Shown here in pieces: positions 24,917-38,055 of a stretch of DNA of 64,000 bases. This DNA comes from Octopus sinensis (Eukaryota): NCBI RefSeq assembly GCF_006345805.1, contig NW_021834951.1, positions 2,287-66,286 on the forward strand. The letters run 5' to 3'. Every line of letters begins with the position of its first letter. The first letter of the stretch is position 1. Made by a program: the position numbers and the translations under genes. Under the pieces are notes generated by a model. The model ran no database searches. It worked only from the letters and a program-made list of their open reading frames with translations, and was not told where the DNA came from.

Positions 24917-26124
24917 GATTAGTGTGGAAGGGAAAGCGCTTAGACCGATGTGATCCCGGAGGGATCGATCCACAACAACCTCTACACCAAAGGGCGGCGG
25001 TGATATAATAAACCTGGCTTTAAGGGAGCTCAAATAAATTGAGCTTATCCGAACGATTTCAATAGAGTCGATCGTTGTTACTTGGCGGCTGCCTTCAGTT
25101 CAGTCAGTTTTTGGTCCAGTTTTTGGATCACTTCAATGCACAATATCTGCATGATATGTTAAATAGCAACCTATCGCTACCTTTTCGAACCAAATCTGTC
25201 ACAAAGTTGCTCTTCCTCTCTTCTCGATGACACACAAACCATTTCTGCAGAAAGTGATAATGTTGAGGAGCATCTAAATCGACCAGACTGGAGCCTCAGA
25301 TGTTTCGCTTCTGGCAAGAGGAAAACATTCTACTGGTTCGGCGTGCCTTCTCCTGCATAGAAAGAAGGCTCCCTGTGCTGTGAATCATGATAGTGAAGCT
25401 ACCGCTTGGATGGTCAGCAGGTGGGGCCCTCTTTTTGTAAGCCCCTCTCTTTGACGGAAATGCAGTTCAAGAGAAGAAGCTCTCTCGTAAGCTCTCTTGA
25501 GATATAGACTGAAGCATCTCCTAAAAAAACTTTTTAAAAAACCAGCACAACTCGGAGCTGCCACGCTTCTGATGAAGATAAAAGAATAAGGACGAAACGT
25601 GCTTCAATGGAATACTTCACATAACAGGTCAATCTTCACAAGAACCCAGCAACAACAACAACAGTGCCTCTCCTTAGAAACATAAAGCTGACCATCCAAT
25701 AGCACAGCCTCTCCACACACCCCTTCCTACGAATAACTGCACCGTTAGAAACTTCTGGCATTATGCTGCTTTGTTTTCTTATCAGAGTCCTATAAACATC
25801 GTTGTCATCATCATCATCATCATCATCACCGTCATCATCATGGCAGTTGTTGCTTAGAAAGGTTCGTCTCCCAGCTGAGCCATTTTAGCTTCTTTAGAAT
25901 TCAACCAGAAGAAAGAGTGGGAAACTAACAGCTTTGGATATGTTTTAATGTGAAAAGGCTTTTGTGGAGAACAATTTGGGGGAAAGCTGGGGTTTGTTCG
26001 ATAAGAAAGCTTTTTAATAAACATAAATAATGGAGAGGTTTGTAAGAGATTTGTCGATTTGGCGGGGGAGGAAGGTGGACGGTGGGGGAGAGACTGATAA
26101 AACGTCAGTTTGTCAATATATGAC

Positions 26125-26269
26125 CAGAGGGGGAAAAGAGGGAGAAGGGAGAGGAGAGGTGGAAAGGAGAAGCGAGAGAGGAAGAGGGTGTGAGAGGAAG
26201 AGAGAGAAGGAACGGGAGAGAGGGACGATGTGTGTGTGTGTGTGAGAGAGAGAGAAAGAGGATGTGAGA

Positions 26270-26304
<35 letters not shown>

Positions 26305-26437
26305 AAGAGAGAGAGAAGGAACGGGAAAGAGGGACGATGTGTGTAGAGGTGAGGAAGGAAAAAGAGGAGAGAGAAAGAGGAGTGTGAGGGGAGAAAGAGA
26401 GAGAGAGAGAAAGAAGAGGAAAGTGTTGATGTGAAGA

Positions 26438-26470
<33 letters not shown>

Positions 26471-26834
26471 AAGAGAGAGAGAGAAAGAGAGGGAACGGGA
26501 AAGAGGGACGATGTGTGAGAGAGGGTGTGAGAGTAAGAGAGAGAAGGAACAGGAGAGAGGGATAATGTGAGAGAGAGAGAGAGACAGACAGAGGAGAGAG
26601 AGAGAGACAAAGAAGGAACGGGAGAGAGGGACGATGTGTGTGAGAGTGAGAAAGAGAGAGAGAGGAAGAAGATGTGAGAAGAAGAGAGAGAAGGAACGGG
26701 AGAGACGATGTGTGTGTGCGTGAGAGAGAGAGAGAGAGAGAAAGAGGAAGGGAAAGACAGAAAGTGAAAGGGGAGAGCGGGAGAAGGGGGGGAAGGGGAA
26801 ACAAATATTCTCTCACACACGCACGCTAGCATGT

Positions 26835-26900
<66 letters not shown>
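26125..26900. repeat. Polypurine (GA)-rich minisatellite
   Basis: The unit gagagaaggaacgggagagagggacgatgtgtg recurs about 6 times among (GA)n runs. Confidence 0.9.
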
Positions 26901-27019
26901 TGGGTGACTGAACAGACAAGACTTTTACCAAAAACTTTGGTACTAAAAGGAATTTCTTCAAAGCCTAACGACTCGGGGGCCGCAAACTAATTACGTTCCA
27001 GTTTAGATAATCCTCTTAT

Positions 27020-27193
27020 ATCTTTCACTTGCGGCCATGCCGGAGCACCACCTTCAAGAATTCTTAGCCGAACCAATCGACCCGAGCACTTCCTTTTTTT
27101 AAGCCGGGTACTTATCCTATCGTTATCTTTTGACGAACCGCTATGTTCCGGGCACGTAAACATACCAACACCGGTTATCAAGTGGTGATAGGG

Positions 27194-27237
<44 letters not shown>

Positions 27238-27830
27238 CATATACATACATACACGCGGAGGGCTTCTTTCAGTTTCCGTCTACCAAACCCACTCACAAGG
27301 CTTTGGTCAGTCCACGGGCAGTGAGACTGAACCTGGAACCATGTGGTTGAGATGCAAACTTCTTACCACACGGCCACGGCCACGCCCGCACAGGTTTCGG
27401 ACGCAGGTTTTAATGTTCTCGGCATTATTGAGCGAACTGTTCGTACAGGGTTCGAATCTAAAGCTCGCTGTCCATTCTTGAACCTTCCCAACAATCCTCA
27501 TTTCCTTTCTAACGTAATCTTTGAACTTTTACTAGTTTCACTCATTGAGCTGCGGCCATGCTGGGGCACCATCTTAAACGGTTTACTCGAAAATCCGACC
27601 CTAGGATTCATATTTAAAGTCTGGTACTTATTCTATCGATTGTGCGGGCGAACCGTTAGGTCATGGAAACGTAAACAAACGAACACCAGGTGTCAAGCGG
27701 TGGGAGGGAAACAAATATAAAAGCATGCACAGACACACACAGACAACAGACTTCCATATAGTTTCCATCTACCAAATTCACTCACAAGTCATTGGTCAGC
27801 CCAGGGTTATAGTAGTAGCCACTTGCTCTC
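27020..27830 (-). mobile_element. Two antisense SINE family A copies
   Basis: Matches at about 27020-27385 and 27525-27830. Confidence 0.8.
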
Positions 27831-28214
27831 GGACATCAAACTCGGTCACTACCTCTACTAAAGGCACCCAACAGCCAAGGATGATACATTCTGTGTCAAC
27901 CCGGGGTTATTGTACGAGCTATAGGGTTCAAAGAGCGGCACAGTGGATTCGAACTTGGAACCACACTTGACTGTATAGAACTTTGGGACAACATGGCCAT
28001 GCAGTGACTACTGTAATGGAGTTATAGGCCGTGAAACGGAAATTGTTTCGGCAGTGCTTCTTAAAGACTATGATGACAGATTGTTGAATAATGGCAAATG
28101 ATTGACGGAGTGGCAAAAGGCGAGTGAAGTAGAGATACCATCAAGAGGGACCAGTATCTTAAGTGTGTGTAGTAGTAGCAATGTTATATAGGCAGTGCTA
28201 TCACTGTGTGTCTA

Positions 28215-28753
28215 CCGTATGACTGTGTAGTGAGAAGTTGGCTTCCCGACCGCATGGATCTGGGTTCAGTCCCACTGGACAAATGTCTTCTATAGCCTTT
28301 GGTTGGCCAAAACCTTCAGAGTGGATTTCGTAAACAGAAACTGAGAAAAAAACAAGCCCGTAATATATATTAGATCTATGTATGAACGAGTCTTTGTGCT
28401 TGAGTATGCCCCCCCCCACTCCACTGCTTGACATAACCGGTGTTGGTCTGTTTACGTCCGCGTGACTTAGCGGTTCTGCAAAAGAAACTGATAGAATAAG
28501 GACTTGGGGTTAATTCATTCGATTAAAAGTCCTTCAAGGTGCTGCCCCAGCATGGCCGCAGTCTGATGACTGAAACAAGTAAAAAAAAATGTATATGGAG
28601 TGGCCGTGTAGTAAGAAGCTTGTTCCACAACCTCACGAGTCCGGGTTCAGTCCCACTGTGTGGCACCTTGGGCAAGTGTCTTCTGCTATATACAGCCTCG
28701 GGCCAACCAAAGCCTTGTGAGTAGATTTGGTAGATGAAAATGAAAGAAGCCCG

Positions 28754-28794
<41 letters not shown>

Positions 28795-28995
28795 TGTGTT
28801 TGTCACCCCACCATCGCTTGATACCGATATTAGTGTGTTTACGTCCCCATAACCAAGCAGTTCGGCCAACAAGACCGATAGAATAAATACTAGGCTTACA
28901 AAGAACAGGTCCTGGGGTTGATTTGCTCGACTAAAAGCGGTGTTCCAGCATGGCCGCAATCAGATGACTGAAACAAGTAAAAGACTAAAAGAATA
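28215..28995 (+). mobile_element. Two tandem sense SINE family A copies
   Basis: Matches at about 28215-28590 and 28595-28995. Confidence 0.88.
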
Positions 28996-29455
28996 TGCGT
29001 GTGTGGTACCAATGGCATACACTTTGTTACCATTGATGTGTGTGTGTGTGGGGGGGGGTACCAGTAGCATATATAGACGTACTACTCTATACAACGGTCT
29101 ATCGTGTGGTACCCTCGGTAAATACAAAGGTACGCCTGGTTTATACTGTGGTACCCAACAATAATGCAACACAGCGTAGTCATTCCACAACTTGGCACAA
29201 AAACACTGTTTTTCGCCACAAAAACACCTGCTCTGCAAAAATAAGTCTAAAGACATATTAAATCTTATCTAATCTACCTGTCTATCTAATTTAATCCAGT
29301 GAACTTAGCTAATCGCTTCCTCAAACATTGTTTACTTTTCTTTCAAACTACCTCATGTAAATTAAACCAGCACACACACACACATACACACACACACACA
29401 GAAATATTCATTATACATAAATATATGTATATATACACACATGAACATATATGTT

Positions 29456-29493
<38 letters not shown>

Positions 29494-29628
29494 ATATAAT
29501 TATAATATATATATATATATATAATATATATATTATATATATATATATATAATATATATATATATATATAATAATATATATATATATATATATATAATAT
29601 ATATATATATATATAATATATATATAAG

Positions 29629-29718
<90 letters not shown>

Positions 29719-29776
29719 CTTACATATATACATATATATACTTACATATATATATACACACACATACACACACACA

Positions 29777-29853
<77 letters not shown>

Positions 29854-30021
29854 AGGGGGGTTAACATGCCAGTCTGCATACCCAAACTGGCGTGTGTAGA
29901 GACTCTGCGAGAGGAAGAAAGTCAAGACAAACATGGAATCGATTAAAGACAAACAGAAAGATTAATAAGGAAATGCAAACCAGCAGAGAACGGAGGCACG
30001 GCGGCGACGTGTGGAGACAGT

Positions 30022-30059
<38 letters not shown>

Positions 30060-30289
30060 GGAGAGACGAATAGAGAGGGAGAGAGAGAGGACAGAAAGAC
30101 AAAGGTGTAACGTCTGCTGTGTGTGTATGTGTATGTGTGTGTGGACATGGGTAATTATATGTAAAGGTAACTGCTACAAAGACACATATCGATACGCCCC
30201 AGGTGACGAGTGTGTGTGTGTATAAGCTCGTGGTTATTAAGACTTGCATACCTGTTATGCAGACGTACAGAATGAAATCATAACATATG

Positions 30290-30321
<32 letters not shown>

Positions 30322-30450
30322 TCCGCTTAAATACCGTCACCATCGCCTCCATATCTTTAATAGTTCCTTCCACCAGTGTCAAGTTATCGAAACTCTCCCC
30401 TCCCTCCGACAACGCACAGAGAACGATACTCATATATACACTAATTTTAT

Positions 30451-30481
<31 letters not shown>

Positions 30482-30672
30482 CATACATACATATATGTAT
30501 GTATAAACATATATATATATATATATACATACATACATCATACATACATATATACAAACATACATATATATATAATATATATATATATACATACATACAT
30601 ACATATATACAAACATACATATATATATATATATACATACATACATCATATACATATATACAAACATACATA

Positions 30673-30711
<39 letters not shown>

Positions 30712-30972
30712 TACATTCATACATATATACATACTTACATATATATATTATATGTAAGTATGTATAGTTCAATTAAAACTTAAAAACCTTATTAAGGGAT
30801 AATAAAATCCAGTGAATATACTGGTTTATTGCCTATTACAATAAGTATTGAATATTATAATTAATATTCAACTGTAATGTAATTGGACAAACCGGGGTTT
30901 GTATATATTTTAAGAAGAATAAGAAAATAGACATAAATTAATATTCATTTATTAATTACAAAATTGGACATC

Positions 30973-31057
30973 ATCTCTGACAGCTGTTTCGATTCAAGGC
31001 TTCGGAAATTAATTAGTATAATTAAGAACATTTATAGCTGAATCTCATCGAAGAGAT
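30973..31057 (-). ncRNA. Type I hammerhead motif with palindromic stem III CAGCTG (core variant TCGATGA)
   Basis: Minus strand: ATCTCT-TCGATGA-GATTCA[~42 nt]TGAATC-GAAA-CAGCTG-TC-AGAGAT. Stem I and stem II are each 6 bp; the site is GUC. Confidence 0.75.
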
Positions 31058-31179
31058 TCATTTCCATATTATTGTGTGTTGTGTGTACGGAGCAAATCCG
31101 CCAATTGATAAATGTTATATATATATATATATATATACACACACATATATACATATGAATGTAAGTATATATATATATT

Positions 31180-31612
31180 CTTTTATTCCTTTATTCTTTT
31201 ATTTATTTCAGTAATTTGACTGCGGCCATGCTGGAGCACCGCCTCTAGTCCAGCGAATCGACCCCAGGACTTATTCTTTGTAAGCCTAGTACTTATTCTA
31301 TCGGCTCGCTTTTGCCGAACCGTTAAGTTACGGAGACGTAAACACACCAGCATCGGTTGTCAAGCGATTGTGGGGGGACAAACACAGACATACAAACACA
31401 CACACACACACACGCACGCACGCACATAAATATATATATATATATATATACGACGGGCTTCTTTTCCGTTTCCGTCTACCAAATCCACTCACAAGGTTTT
31501 GGTCGGCCCGAGGCTACAATAGAAGACACTTGCCCAAGGTGCTACGCAGTGGGACTGAACCCGGAACCATGTGGTTTGCAAGCAAGCTACTTACTGCACA
31601 GCCACTCTTGCA
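31180..31612 (-). mobile_element. Full-length SINE family A
   Basis: Reverse complement of family A with internal (CA)n(TA)n. Confidence 0.92.
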
Positions 31613-31681
31613 CTTTAGCAATATAACTACACGCGCGTTGTTGGCGATTTCTTTTCCTTCTTTCGACTTTTCTCTTTCTTC

Positions 31682-31714
31682 TTTCTGACGAAGAGCTCTG
31701 CTCGAAACGTCAAA
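31682..31714 (+). ncRNA. Minimal type I hammerhead ribozyme motif, intact core
   Basis: TTT-CTGACGA-a-GAGC tct GCTC-GAAA-CG-TC-AAA. Confidence 0.8.
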
Positions 31715-33142
31715 CTCTCTCCTTTCACCAAGCGTCAAACCAATAACCGTCTGTTATTGTTAATTTCATGGTTTGTTTATTTATATATATATATTTCCAG
31801 GATTAAATAAAAAGACAACAAACGGAAAATATGACATATCTGTGTGTGTGCGTGCGCGCGCGCGCGTTATTCAAATAAACATACGAATATATACTAAATG
31901 CACAAACGAACAGCAAACACAGGTCACCAGCTCCTCTTCAGTTATCGGCCAGAGGGTCAAGCGCAATTTCGGCTATTATCGGTAATATTTTTTCCAGTAT
32001 ATATATGACCATCAGTGTATCATGCGTAATGCAGATATAACGCAAAATGCAAATAAACTGCAACACTAATCCAGGAATTATACCTTCAATGAATGCAATG
32101 TGTCAAAAACACATAACTATGTGAACAGCAGATGAAGATCTTCACCACTGATACAGGAAAACAGCGGTTGAAAAATCACTGATATTGCAATTAGCCGCCC
32201 AGTTGACTAAAAATTCTTTATGTGCAACAAATGAAGTTTAAAATTAAAATGGCCGAGGCGGAAATTTACATCTAGCATTCACACCGTAGCTGCTGGACAA
32301 ATTTCGCCTGCGACTGGTATATATTTGTGTTTTTAAACACAGTACGTTCATAAAGGATAGAATGCCTGGAAGAATGCCGAAATATACGAGGCGTTCAATG
32401 ATGTATCTGCTTTAAGTATGATATACCGTTGGTTATTTTAATCCAATGCTGCTTCTGCAGGATGTGTGTGTGTATGTGTGTGTGTGTGTGTGCGTGCGTG
32501 TGTGTGTGTGTGTGTGTGGATGTTGTTGCTGTTCTAGATATGTGCGACTGGAAGAATATGGTTTTGCAGAGTCAGGAGTAAAAATATGGTAAAAGTGTTT
32601 AAGAATTTGTGAATAGCTGCAATATTTATCGCAACCAACAGCACCGATTACATGAATGGCTGAATCCACATCTAATCATGCAAGTGCACAGCTAAAGTAA
32701 ACAAACCATGCAACAAGAACAACAACAACAATAATAATAATAATAAATGCCTACTGCACATGCACACGTCTGTTGACTGGTTGGAAGAAGTGTGCAGTGT
32801 GTCAGTTGTTTTATGCATCTCTGCACAGCAGCACTGCTTCTAACTGACAAAGTCTCTTTGAAAGAAGGTAGAATAAATAGAACAGTCTTTGAAAAGTCTT
32901 TGATATGGTGAAAACAATAATAAAGAGTGGGGGTGGTGGTGAGCGGTGGAGGAAAATGGTGTGGAATTAAAAGATTGTCGTTGGTTGAGAGGTATGTCTT
33001 TGGTGGTGAAGGAAAGTTTCTTAACTGAAAAAATCATGTGAGAATAATGTAAGGAATAAACGCAGAAGAAATAGCAGGAATAATTAAGTTCAGCTATAAA
33101 AGACCAAACTACGTCACCAGAGCCTAACAGAAGCGCAATATG

Positions 33143-33192
<50 letters not shown>

Positions 33193-33639
33193 GATATCAA
33201 CGTTTCGCTTGCAAGCGGCAGTCAAACTATTTCTTTACAACATGGCTGTCTGATGTATCAACGAAAAAAGAAATGGTTGTTTATTATCATTGGCCAATCA
33301 AAGTGGTTCCGTGCCGGCCGAGATAGAACAAAGCTAGTTCTGCTTACGGGAGAGATTTATTTCAAAAGGATTACACGTTCTTTCGTTCTGGAATAATAGA
33401 ATGCCGTGGAAATCCAGAAATCCAGAACGCAGCTGGGAAGCAGAATATGGTATTTTCACAGAGGAAACATCCACTGTGTCATAAGACATGTTTGATCTGT
33501 CGTGTAAGATTTTCATTTCGATGTGGTGGAGGTAAAAATGAAATTATTCAAATATGAGAATCCATTATGAAACAAAGATTTCGTTTTTGTCGTTACGCTT
33601 CCATTTCTAGTCTTCATCTTGAAAAAATGGAACACGGGG

Positions 33640-33670
<31 letters not shown>

Positions 33671-34414
33671 CAATGGAAGTGGGACGATGAACATTCAACG
33701 CTGAAAAGAAAACTCAAACAGCGTTTCAACTCTGTGTGAGTATATGTATGTGTATGTGTGTGCGTGTATAAGAGAAGTAGCAAGGTTTTGACATGCCGAT
33801 GCTCCCCACCCCCGCCCACTGATGATGGAAGAGGCAACGAACGCGCTGTTTTCTGATTGGATGAAAATTCCGAAAATTATCAAACTTTGAACACCTGTAA
33901 CATTTTTGCAAAATTTTTCTGGAGTAAATGAAGAACAAATTCGGATTCAGCGTCAAAAATTACATCTATATTGATATATTAAATAAGTTTTTTTAAAAGA
34001 TAATTCTAAGCAGTGACGAAAACCACAAAGATCCTTATGTTAAACACAAACTTTCTCAAAACATTTACCCAAAAGACAAGAGTGGGTCTACAACTGGACA
34101 GGGTCGTTTAAAATGTCCAGATTCTGACGGAATGTAAATTGGAAAACAATCAGTAGAAGTTTGACTAATCTCACGCTAACCTGTCATAAAATACTAACAA
34201 GTATCAACGTACTAAACTGTACTAAAAAGGCTAAAATGTGGCGACGACACTGGTGAAAACCCGTCCACTAACTTTCTGAATGAAGCCTCAGTCGCCAGTT
34301 TTTGGCAGCTGAGACACAGACAGTTGTTGGTGAGGAAGAGGCTGTGGAGTAACCCGCTCCAGCAACCACTGCTACTACGGTTTTCAGTGAACTTTACTGA
34401 TAACCAGTAACAAA

Positions 34415-34447
<33 letters not shown>

Positions 34448-35794
34448 TGTATGTAAGAGTAGGAGCTTTGAAGGAATTGAAAGACAATTATTGATATTCT
34501 CTTTGCTTCCACAACAAAAGACAAGCCATAACATCGTCTCGTGTTTCCCCCAACTCCTTCCCTCGGCTGCTTCTTCCTCTTTTACGCAGTCCTTGTCTTT
34601 TTCACTGGACACATGGCTCCCCCTTTTTTATTTTTTTTTTTCAAAGAAGCCTTTCATTAGCTGTGAATAGAGCCCTTTTATCATTGATGTCACAGGCCAA
34701 GAAAGGAAGGCACACCCCCTGGGGTGTAGACACTTTAGAGTGGACAGCTGATGTCCCTTTCTCTACCCTGCCCCCATCCCCTCCATCATTCAGCTAAAAA
34801 CAAACTGGGATAACAAAGTTGGGGAAATAAAAGGGAGTAAGATGAGAGTAAAAACCTGCTGGGGGGAGGGGGAAGGGCTTCCTATACTCTCCCTTCATTC
34901 AATACCGTTTTACATTTATCAAAATTGGGTCTTCCTGGCCCTCTCTTCTATAAATATTTTTTTCTTATTTATTAAACAGATTGTATAAAATGATGAAAAA
35001 GGTAAACGTCTCGAATTAGGGGCTGGGTGATGTGAAGGAATGGGGGAGAGTTGAGGGGTTAAAAAGATGTGGCTGGTGTTGTTTATTACAATAGACAGAC
35101 ACGGCTGTTGGGATGGAGTAGGTGTTCCGAAGTGGGTGGAAGGGAGTAGGTGATAAGTGTGTAAATTCATCGGATAGAAAGGTGTTATAGCGCGCGCACG
35201 CACGCACACACACACACACACACAAACATAAACATTATTTAGAATGAACAAGAACTGAAGTACTCAATGCACGATGCAGAGCCGAACGATATTTGACTGG
35301 TGCTGTTTCCCGTTATCCTGACCAACCAGACAGCTTTTTGTTCTGAGAGAATGCCAGGCCATCTGATTGGTTATGTTGAAGGAATTTGCTCATCAACAAG
35401 ACTATCCATTATTATAAAATTAAATCTCATCATTAACAACAGATCATAACTGGTTGATAAAAGACTGTAAGTGGAACCTTTCCGTAGGTGAGGACTAGCT
35501 CGGTCCTCGCTGCCCGCTTTCAGGTGAAGCGTACAGGTTAAGGGGCGAAACAGAAGGGTTTCCAGCAGTGCAACAGATATAGAGGAGCTTGTGAAACCTC
35601 TGAGAAACTCGTGCAGTTTCTGCGCGAAATAAAGGAATCTCTGATATTTATTTTGACCCACCTGGGACAATAATTGGTTTCTATAACAAAACAACATCTC
35701 CATGTAACAATACTTTCCTCTCCCCATATATATGTGCAAGAACCACATCTAAACTCAATCCCCGTAGTTCCTTCATAAAGGCTTTGTAAAACTA

Positions 35795-36175
35795 AACTAC
35801 TGAAATATAAGGCAAAAAGATACTGATATGGCAAAATAAATTGAAACCCAAGACAAAATATAGACATATACGAAAACAAATTTACTGACATATAAGGCAA
35901 AAGTACGTTGACATATAAAGTGAGACATTGGCATATAAGGCAAAACAAATAGAGAGGCGAGGCAATATATAGACATTGATATACATAGAGAAAACCTACT
36001 GACATATAAGGCGAAAGTGTATTGATATATAAAGCAAAACATTCACATATAAGGCAAAACATACTGACATATAAGGCAAAATAAATCAAAACATAAGGCC
36101 AAAAATATTTATATAGCAAAAACAAATTTGACATATAAGGCAAAAAAATATGCTGCGATATAAAGCAAAATATTT
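35795..36175. repeat. Dispersed tandem motif gacatataaggcaaaa (~12 degenerate copies)
   Basis: atataaggcaaaa-like words recur every 20-45 bp. Confidence 0.8.
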
Positions 36176-36479
36176 CACATTGTTGAATTAGAAGTTAAAA
36201 GTTGCTGCATCATTTTGAACTTACCTTTTACCTTTCTTGTGCACAAATACACATGCGTGGATAGATAGGTATGTCTACATAGACACAAAATTATTACTGC
36301 TGTTATTGTTATTATTATTATTACTCATACTACTACTACTATTGTTATATTATTCTTAATTATGACTAACTCCTCAGAAGTCAAACTGGTATGAATAATG
36401 GGGAGCAGATATTAAAAGTTCGTTTCAACTTTTCAAATACGACACATAGGTGTATGCGGAAACATACACTCACCAGGTC

Positions 36480-36550
<71 letters not shown>

Positions 36551-36728
36551 TAACAATAAGGGTTTAGCAACAAGTTGCTTGACCACATACCGAAAATTTT
36601 AGAAATAGCAGCCAAAAGACTACTATTTCTTTTTCTACAAAAAATATGTTTTCACAGACAACAATATTTGTAATTCACATATGGCAAAAAAGAAGAAAAA
36701 TAATGCAATCAAACAGTCTTCGATTAAT

Positions 36729-36856
36729 TATGGACGCGTTTCTGGATTAGAATCATAAGATTCATTTCCTTTGTCAACATATTTCGATAATTATAAATCT
36801 AGAAATGCTAGGAAAATTTACCCCTTAAAATTCTGATCAAGCGTCATCAGAACATA
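36729..36856 (-). ncRNA. Hammerhead motif with palindromic stem III CGCG and long stem II
   Basis: Minus strand: TATG-tt-CTGATGA-cgct-TGATCAGAAT[~75 nt]ATTCTAATCCA-GAAA-CGCG-TC-CATA. Stems are imperfect. Confidence 0.6.
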
Positions 36857-37059
36857 TAAAAGCTAATCAGCGTATCCACATTTATATAGACGAGTGAATT
36901 CGTATTTCCCTATATACATATATATCTCTTATGATAAGTATATATATATAAAAAAATTCAGGGTGAATACTTGATAACTGTTAGCACCTGTATATGCCAG
37001 TTAGTGGTGTAGGCGATAGGGTATATTTATCAAAAGAAAAACAGTATGCAAAGGATTTA

Positions 37060-37146
37060 GCGGTACATATGTTTCTGGCTTTATTGGACAGTTTATATCA
37101 ATGCATAATTGATGTAACATGTATGTCAATAGCCTTCTTCAGCCGC
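37060..37146 (-). ncRNA. Type I hammerhead motif with palindromic stem III CATATG, intact core
   Basis: Minus strand: GCGG-CTGAAGA-a-GGCT attgaca...tgtccaataa AGCC-a-GAAA-CATATG-TA-CCGC. Confidence 0.82.
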
Positions 37147-37174
37147 GCACAATTACCACACCAAAGACATGTAT

Positions 37175-37220
<46 letters not shown>

Positions 37221-37299
37221 GATTGTTACACCTAAGCCTATCCTTTGACATATGACAACACTGGCAATTACAAAGGTAGACATACAATATGCAGCTTGT

Positions 37300-37700
37300 A
37301 CCTTTTATTTCTTTCAGTCTGCGGCCATGCTGGGGCAGCGCATTGACGGGGTTTAGTCGGAAAAACAAAATCGATCCCAAGACATATTTTGAAGCCCGGA
37401 ACTTATTTTATTGGTGCTTTTTGTTTTACCAAACTGCTATGTTATGGGGACGGAAACAAACCAACACGGGTGCTGTCAAGCAGAAATGAGGAACAAACAC
37501 AAACACAAACATAAATAAAATAGATACCCGTATCTAGAAAGGATGGGCTTCTTTTAGCTTCAGCCAACCAAATCCATTCACAAGGTTTTGGTCGAGCCGG
37601 GGTTTATAGTAGAAGATGCTCGTCCCGGTACAAAGCAGTGGGACTGAACCCATAACCATGTGGTTGAGAAGCGAACCTCTTACCACACAGCCATGTCTGC
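37300..37700 (-). mobile_element. SINE family A (diverged)
   Basis: Antisense family A motifs. Confidence 0.85.
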
Positions 37701-37711
37701 ACCTAAAAATA

Positions 37712-38055
37712 TCGGTTTCAAATTTTGGCACAAGGCCAGCAATTTCAGGGCAGGGAATAAGTCGATTACATCCACCCCAGTACTCGACCCCGAAAGCGTG
37801 AAAGGCAAAGTCGACAGCGGCGGAATTTGAACTCAGAATACAAAAACGGATGAAATGCCGTTAAGCATTTTCTCCGGCGTGTCAACGGTTCTGCCAGCTC
37901 ACCGCCATAACATACACATATATATTGGTTTCACATTTAAGCACAATGCCAGCTTTTTCAAGGAAGGTGGGAGTGTAAGTCGATTACATCAACCCCCCCA
38001 GTACACAACTGGTACTTATTTTATCGACCCTGATTGATGAAAGGCAAAGTCGATC
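37712..38055 (-). mobile_element. Two SINE family B copies (alternative tail)
   Basis: ggtttcaaattttggcacaagg...gtcgattacatc...aaggcaaagtcgac. Confidence 0.8.

Noticed and set aside
25465-25512. Hairpin tcaagaga...tctcttga as a possible pre-miRNA
   Set aside because: The stem is short and bulged, and I recognise no mature miRNA.
25565-25605. ctgatga...gaaacgtg hammerhead-like words
   Set aside because: No stem II or stem I pairing, and the would-be cleavage triplet is GUG.
30320-30435. Protein-like peptide [32 protein letters not shown] on the minus strand
   Set aside because: No clear splice signals or recognisable homology; a short island between microsatellites.
33195-33230. gcttgcaagc-gaaacgtt on the minus strand
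   Set aside because: No CTGANGA core and no stem I.
35470-35560. HDV-like ribozyme (cgg-tcctcg-ctg resembles P3/L3)
   Set aside because: P1, P1.1 and P2 could not be placed in the required order; kept only as an unassigned structure.
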